Shown here in pieces: positions 36,446 through 38,409 of a DNA stretch of 38,409 nt. Under the pieces are notes generated by a model. That model was not told the origin of the DNA and searched no databases. It saw nothing but the letters and a program-made list of their open reading frames with translations. Position numbers and translations under genes: made by a program. Origin of the DNA: Brevundimonas sp. (lineage in GTDB: Bacteria > Pseudomonadota > Alphaproteobacteria > Caulobacterales > Caulobacteraceae); NCBI GenBank assembly GCA_020253595.1, contig JADCBH010000330.1, positions 1 to 38,409 on the forward strand, in the 5' to 3' direction. Position 1 is the first letter of the stretch, and each line of letters begins with the position of its first letter.

Positions 36446-37083
36446 TCCTGCTTGGCCTGACCGGGTCGATCGGCATGGGAAAGTCGACGACGACCACCAT
36501 GTTTGCCGACCACGGCGCTGTGGTCTGGAACGCTGATGATGCCGTCCACGCCCTTTATGCGACCGGTGGCGCGGCCGTGGGTCCGATCGCCGAGGCCTTT
36601 CCAGGCGTGGTGGTCGATGGCGCGATAGATCGCCAACGGTTGGCCGAGGCGCTCGGCAATGATGAGTCAGCCTTTCGCCGACTGGAGACCATCGTGCACC
36701 CGCTCGTTGCTGCAGGTCGGATGGCGGACCTCGAGGCGGCGCGCGCCGCGAAGGTCAGACTGGCTGTCCTGGATATCCCCCTGCTGTTCGAAACGGGCGG
36801 CGACAGGGCCGTGGACGCTGTGGTGGTGGTCACCGCCGACGCTGACACCCAGAGGCGACGCGTGCTGGCTCGTCCTGGCATGACGCCCGAGCGGTTCGAG
36901 GCCATCTTGGCGCGGCAGCTGCCAGATGCCGAGAAACGCCGTCGCGCCGATTTCATTGTGGACACGTCAGGCGGCCTGGAAGCAGCGCGCACCGAGGTCG
37001 CCAAAATCGTGGGGACGGTTCTCTCACCAGGCTGGTCATCCCCGCGCCGGCCACTTTCCCCAGCGGCCAAACATCCGCATTAA
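36442..37083 (+). CDS. coaE: dephospho-CoA kinase
   Basis: Motifs [18 protein letters not shown] and DIPLLFE. Confidence 0.95.
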   Translation: MILLGLTGSIGMGKSTTTTMFADHGAVVWNADDAVHALYATGGAAVGPIAEAFPGVVVDGAIDRQRLAEALGNDESAFRRLETIVHPLVAAGRMADLEAARAAKVRLAVLDIPLLFETGGDRAVDAVVVVTADADTQRRRVLARPGMTPERFEAILARQLPDAEKRRRADFIVDTSGGLEAARTEVAKIVGTVLSPGWSSPRRPLSPAAKHPH

Positions 37084-37088
37084 CGGAC

Positions 37089-37808
37089 ATGGCCCGCGAA
37101 ATCGTCCTCGACACAGAAACCACCGGCTTCGATCCCAAGACCGGAGATCGACTGATCGAGGTCGGCTGCATTGAAATCGAAGACCTTCTTCCGACCGGCC
37201 GCACCTTTCATCGCTTCGTCAACCCGGAGCGATTGATCCCTGAAGGCGCAATCAAGGTCCACGGCATCACCGATGATAAGGTCAAGGACGCGCCCAAATT
37301 CGGGGAGATCGTCGTCGATCTGATGGAGTTTATCGGCGAGGCTCCGGTGATCGCCCACAACGCCGGTTTTGACCGGGCGTTCATCAATCATGAATGCAGT
37401 CTTTGCGGTCATGCCCAGATCGAAGAGGCGCGCTGGATCGACACCCTGGCCCTGGCGCAGAAACGCTTTCCCGGGATGGCCAACTCTCTCGATGCACTCT
37501 GCAAGCGCTTCAAGATCAGTCTGGTCGAGCGCAGCCTTCACGGGGCCCTGATCGATGCCCGCCTGTTGGCGGACGTCTATCTGGAACTCAAGGGCGGCAA
37601 GGAGCGGGTTCTCGATCTGTCGACCCGAGCGGTCTCATCCAGCGTGAACACAGCGCTCGTTGCCGGCGCTCACGGTCCGCGCCCGCGTCCGCTGGCCTCG
37701 CGGCTGCAGCCGGACGAGGCCGAAACCCATCGCCTCTTTCTGATTGAGACGCTGAAAGATCGTTCGCTTTGGGCCGGTTACGGGGTCGAAATCGAGCCCG
37801 CCCCCTGA
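37089..37808 (+). CDS. dnaQ: DNA polymerase III subunit epsilon
   Basis: Exo motifs LDTETTG, AHNA.FD and HGALIDA.LLA.VY. Confidence 0.96.
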   Translation: MAREIVLDTETTGFDPKTGDRLIEVGCIEIEDLLPTGRTFHRFVNPERLIPEGAIKVHGITDDKVKDAPKFGEIVVDLMEFIGEAPVIAHNAGFDRAFINHECSLCGHAQIEEARWIDTLALAQKRFPGMANSLDALCKRFKISLVERSLHGALIDARLLADVYLELKGGKERVLDLSTRAVSSSVNTALVAGAHGPRPRPLASRLQPDEAETHRLFLIETLKDRSLWAGYGVEIEPAP

Positions 37809-37812
37809 CCGA

Positions 37813-38301
37813 TCAGGCCGCGCCTGGCTGTTGGGCGGCCTGGGCCATGCGTGCAGCGTAGATGCCGGCGAAATCGATCGGGTCCAGCATGAAGGGCGGA
37901 TAGAAGCCGCCGTCCGAGGTCGCACGGGCCACGATCTCACGCGCATAGGGGAACAGGTAGCGCGGGCATTCGATCAGCAGCATGGGCTCGATGTCCTGCT
38001 CCGACACGCCCTGAAGCTGGAAAAGACCACCGTACAGAAGTTCCACGTGGAACACCGGCGTCGTCTCGGTCGAAGCCTTGATCGACAGTTTCAGGTCGAC
38101 CTCGAACAGCCCGTCAGGACGACCTGCGGCATTCAACTCCACGCCCATGTCGATCTGGGGTTTGCCTTCGAGCCGCAGGCTGTCGGGCGCGCGCGGGTTC
38201 TCGAACGACAGGTCTCGCACATACTGGGCCAGGATACGGAAGCCCGCGATCGGCGGCTGGGCGGGGGTGCCGGAAGCGTCGGCGGGCGAGACGTCGGTCA
38301 T
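37813..38301 (-). CDS. secB: protein-export chaperone SecB
   Basis: Motifs [27 protein letters not shown] and PIDF. Start at ATG 38301. Confidence 0.95.
   Translation of the reverse strand: MTDVSPADASGTPAQPPIAGFRILAQYVRDLSFENPRAPDSLRLEGKPQIDMGVELNAAGRPDGLFEVDLKLSIKASTETTPVFHVELLYGGLFQLQGVSEQDIEPMLLIECPRYLFPYAREIVARATSDGGFYPPFMLDPIDFAGIYAARMAQAAQQPGAA
38039..38054. promoter_or_regulatory. probable parS site inside secB
   Basis: AGTTCCACGTGGAACA, containing the perfect 14-bp palindrome GTTCCACGTGGAAC. Confidence 0.7.
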
Positions 38302-38409
38302 GGTGCGAACAGTCGATTGAGCGTCAAAAGGACAAAGGTGCGCGCGACTAGCATCGGGGACGCGATGTCGCAACGCTCGCCAGAGCGGAGAGCCGGGGTG
38401 CGGCCTGCC

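Noticed and set aside
1-38409. Many long alternative-frame and antisense ORFs in the track (e.g. 704-1339, 1014-1856, 7181-8503, 10367-11467, 15458-16540, 22423-23463, 29932-30921, 34063-35070)
   Set aside because: They overlap well-supported genes, show no recognisable motifs, and are expected shadows of high-GC codon usage.
1-38409. tRNA/rRNA genes, IS elements, integrases, prophage or defence genes
   Set aside because: No cloverleaf motifs, transposase or integrase signatures, or terminal repeats seen; nearly all sequence is accounted for by identifiable genes.

Overview
GC-rich alphaproteobacterial chromosome segment, almost certainly Caulobacteraceae and most like Brevundimonas (inferred from gene content and order). 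It spans the replication origin. The hemE / PEP-synthase-regulator intergenic region (33666-34167) carries CtrA sites and degenerate DnaA boxes. It is flanked on the left by hemE-hemH-hemJ-rho, qor, mnmE and mnmG-rsmG-parA-parB, and on the right by ppsR-maf-aroE-coaE-dnaQ and secB. Four parS palindromes are visible, three of them inside coding sequences. The rest is mostly housekeeping (leuS-lptE-holA, nadE, ftsY, yciB, ccmCDG, a cold-shock gene, prmC, xth) plus a probable diaminoglucose (lipid A or polysaccharide) aminotransferase/oxidoreductase pair. The best candidate for an undescribed system is at 3900-7290: a Tat-signal-bearing carotenoid-cleavage-family dioxygenase, flanked by two secreted DUF2141 paralogues and a membrane-anchored LytTR one-component regulator. 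The two DUF2141 genes share an upstream motif, and the first has an RBS-sequestering hairpin. Also notable are an unannotated 59-aa basic ORF after parB, a MarR protein with a histone-H1-like tail, a tandem repeat in the csp 5' leader, and a small protein with CtrA-like half-sites upstream. No rRNA, tRNA, CRISPR or mobile element was seen. All product calls come from motif recognition by eye; no database searches were run.
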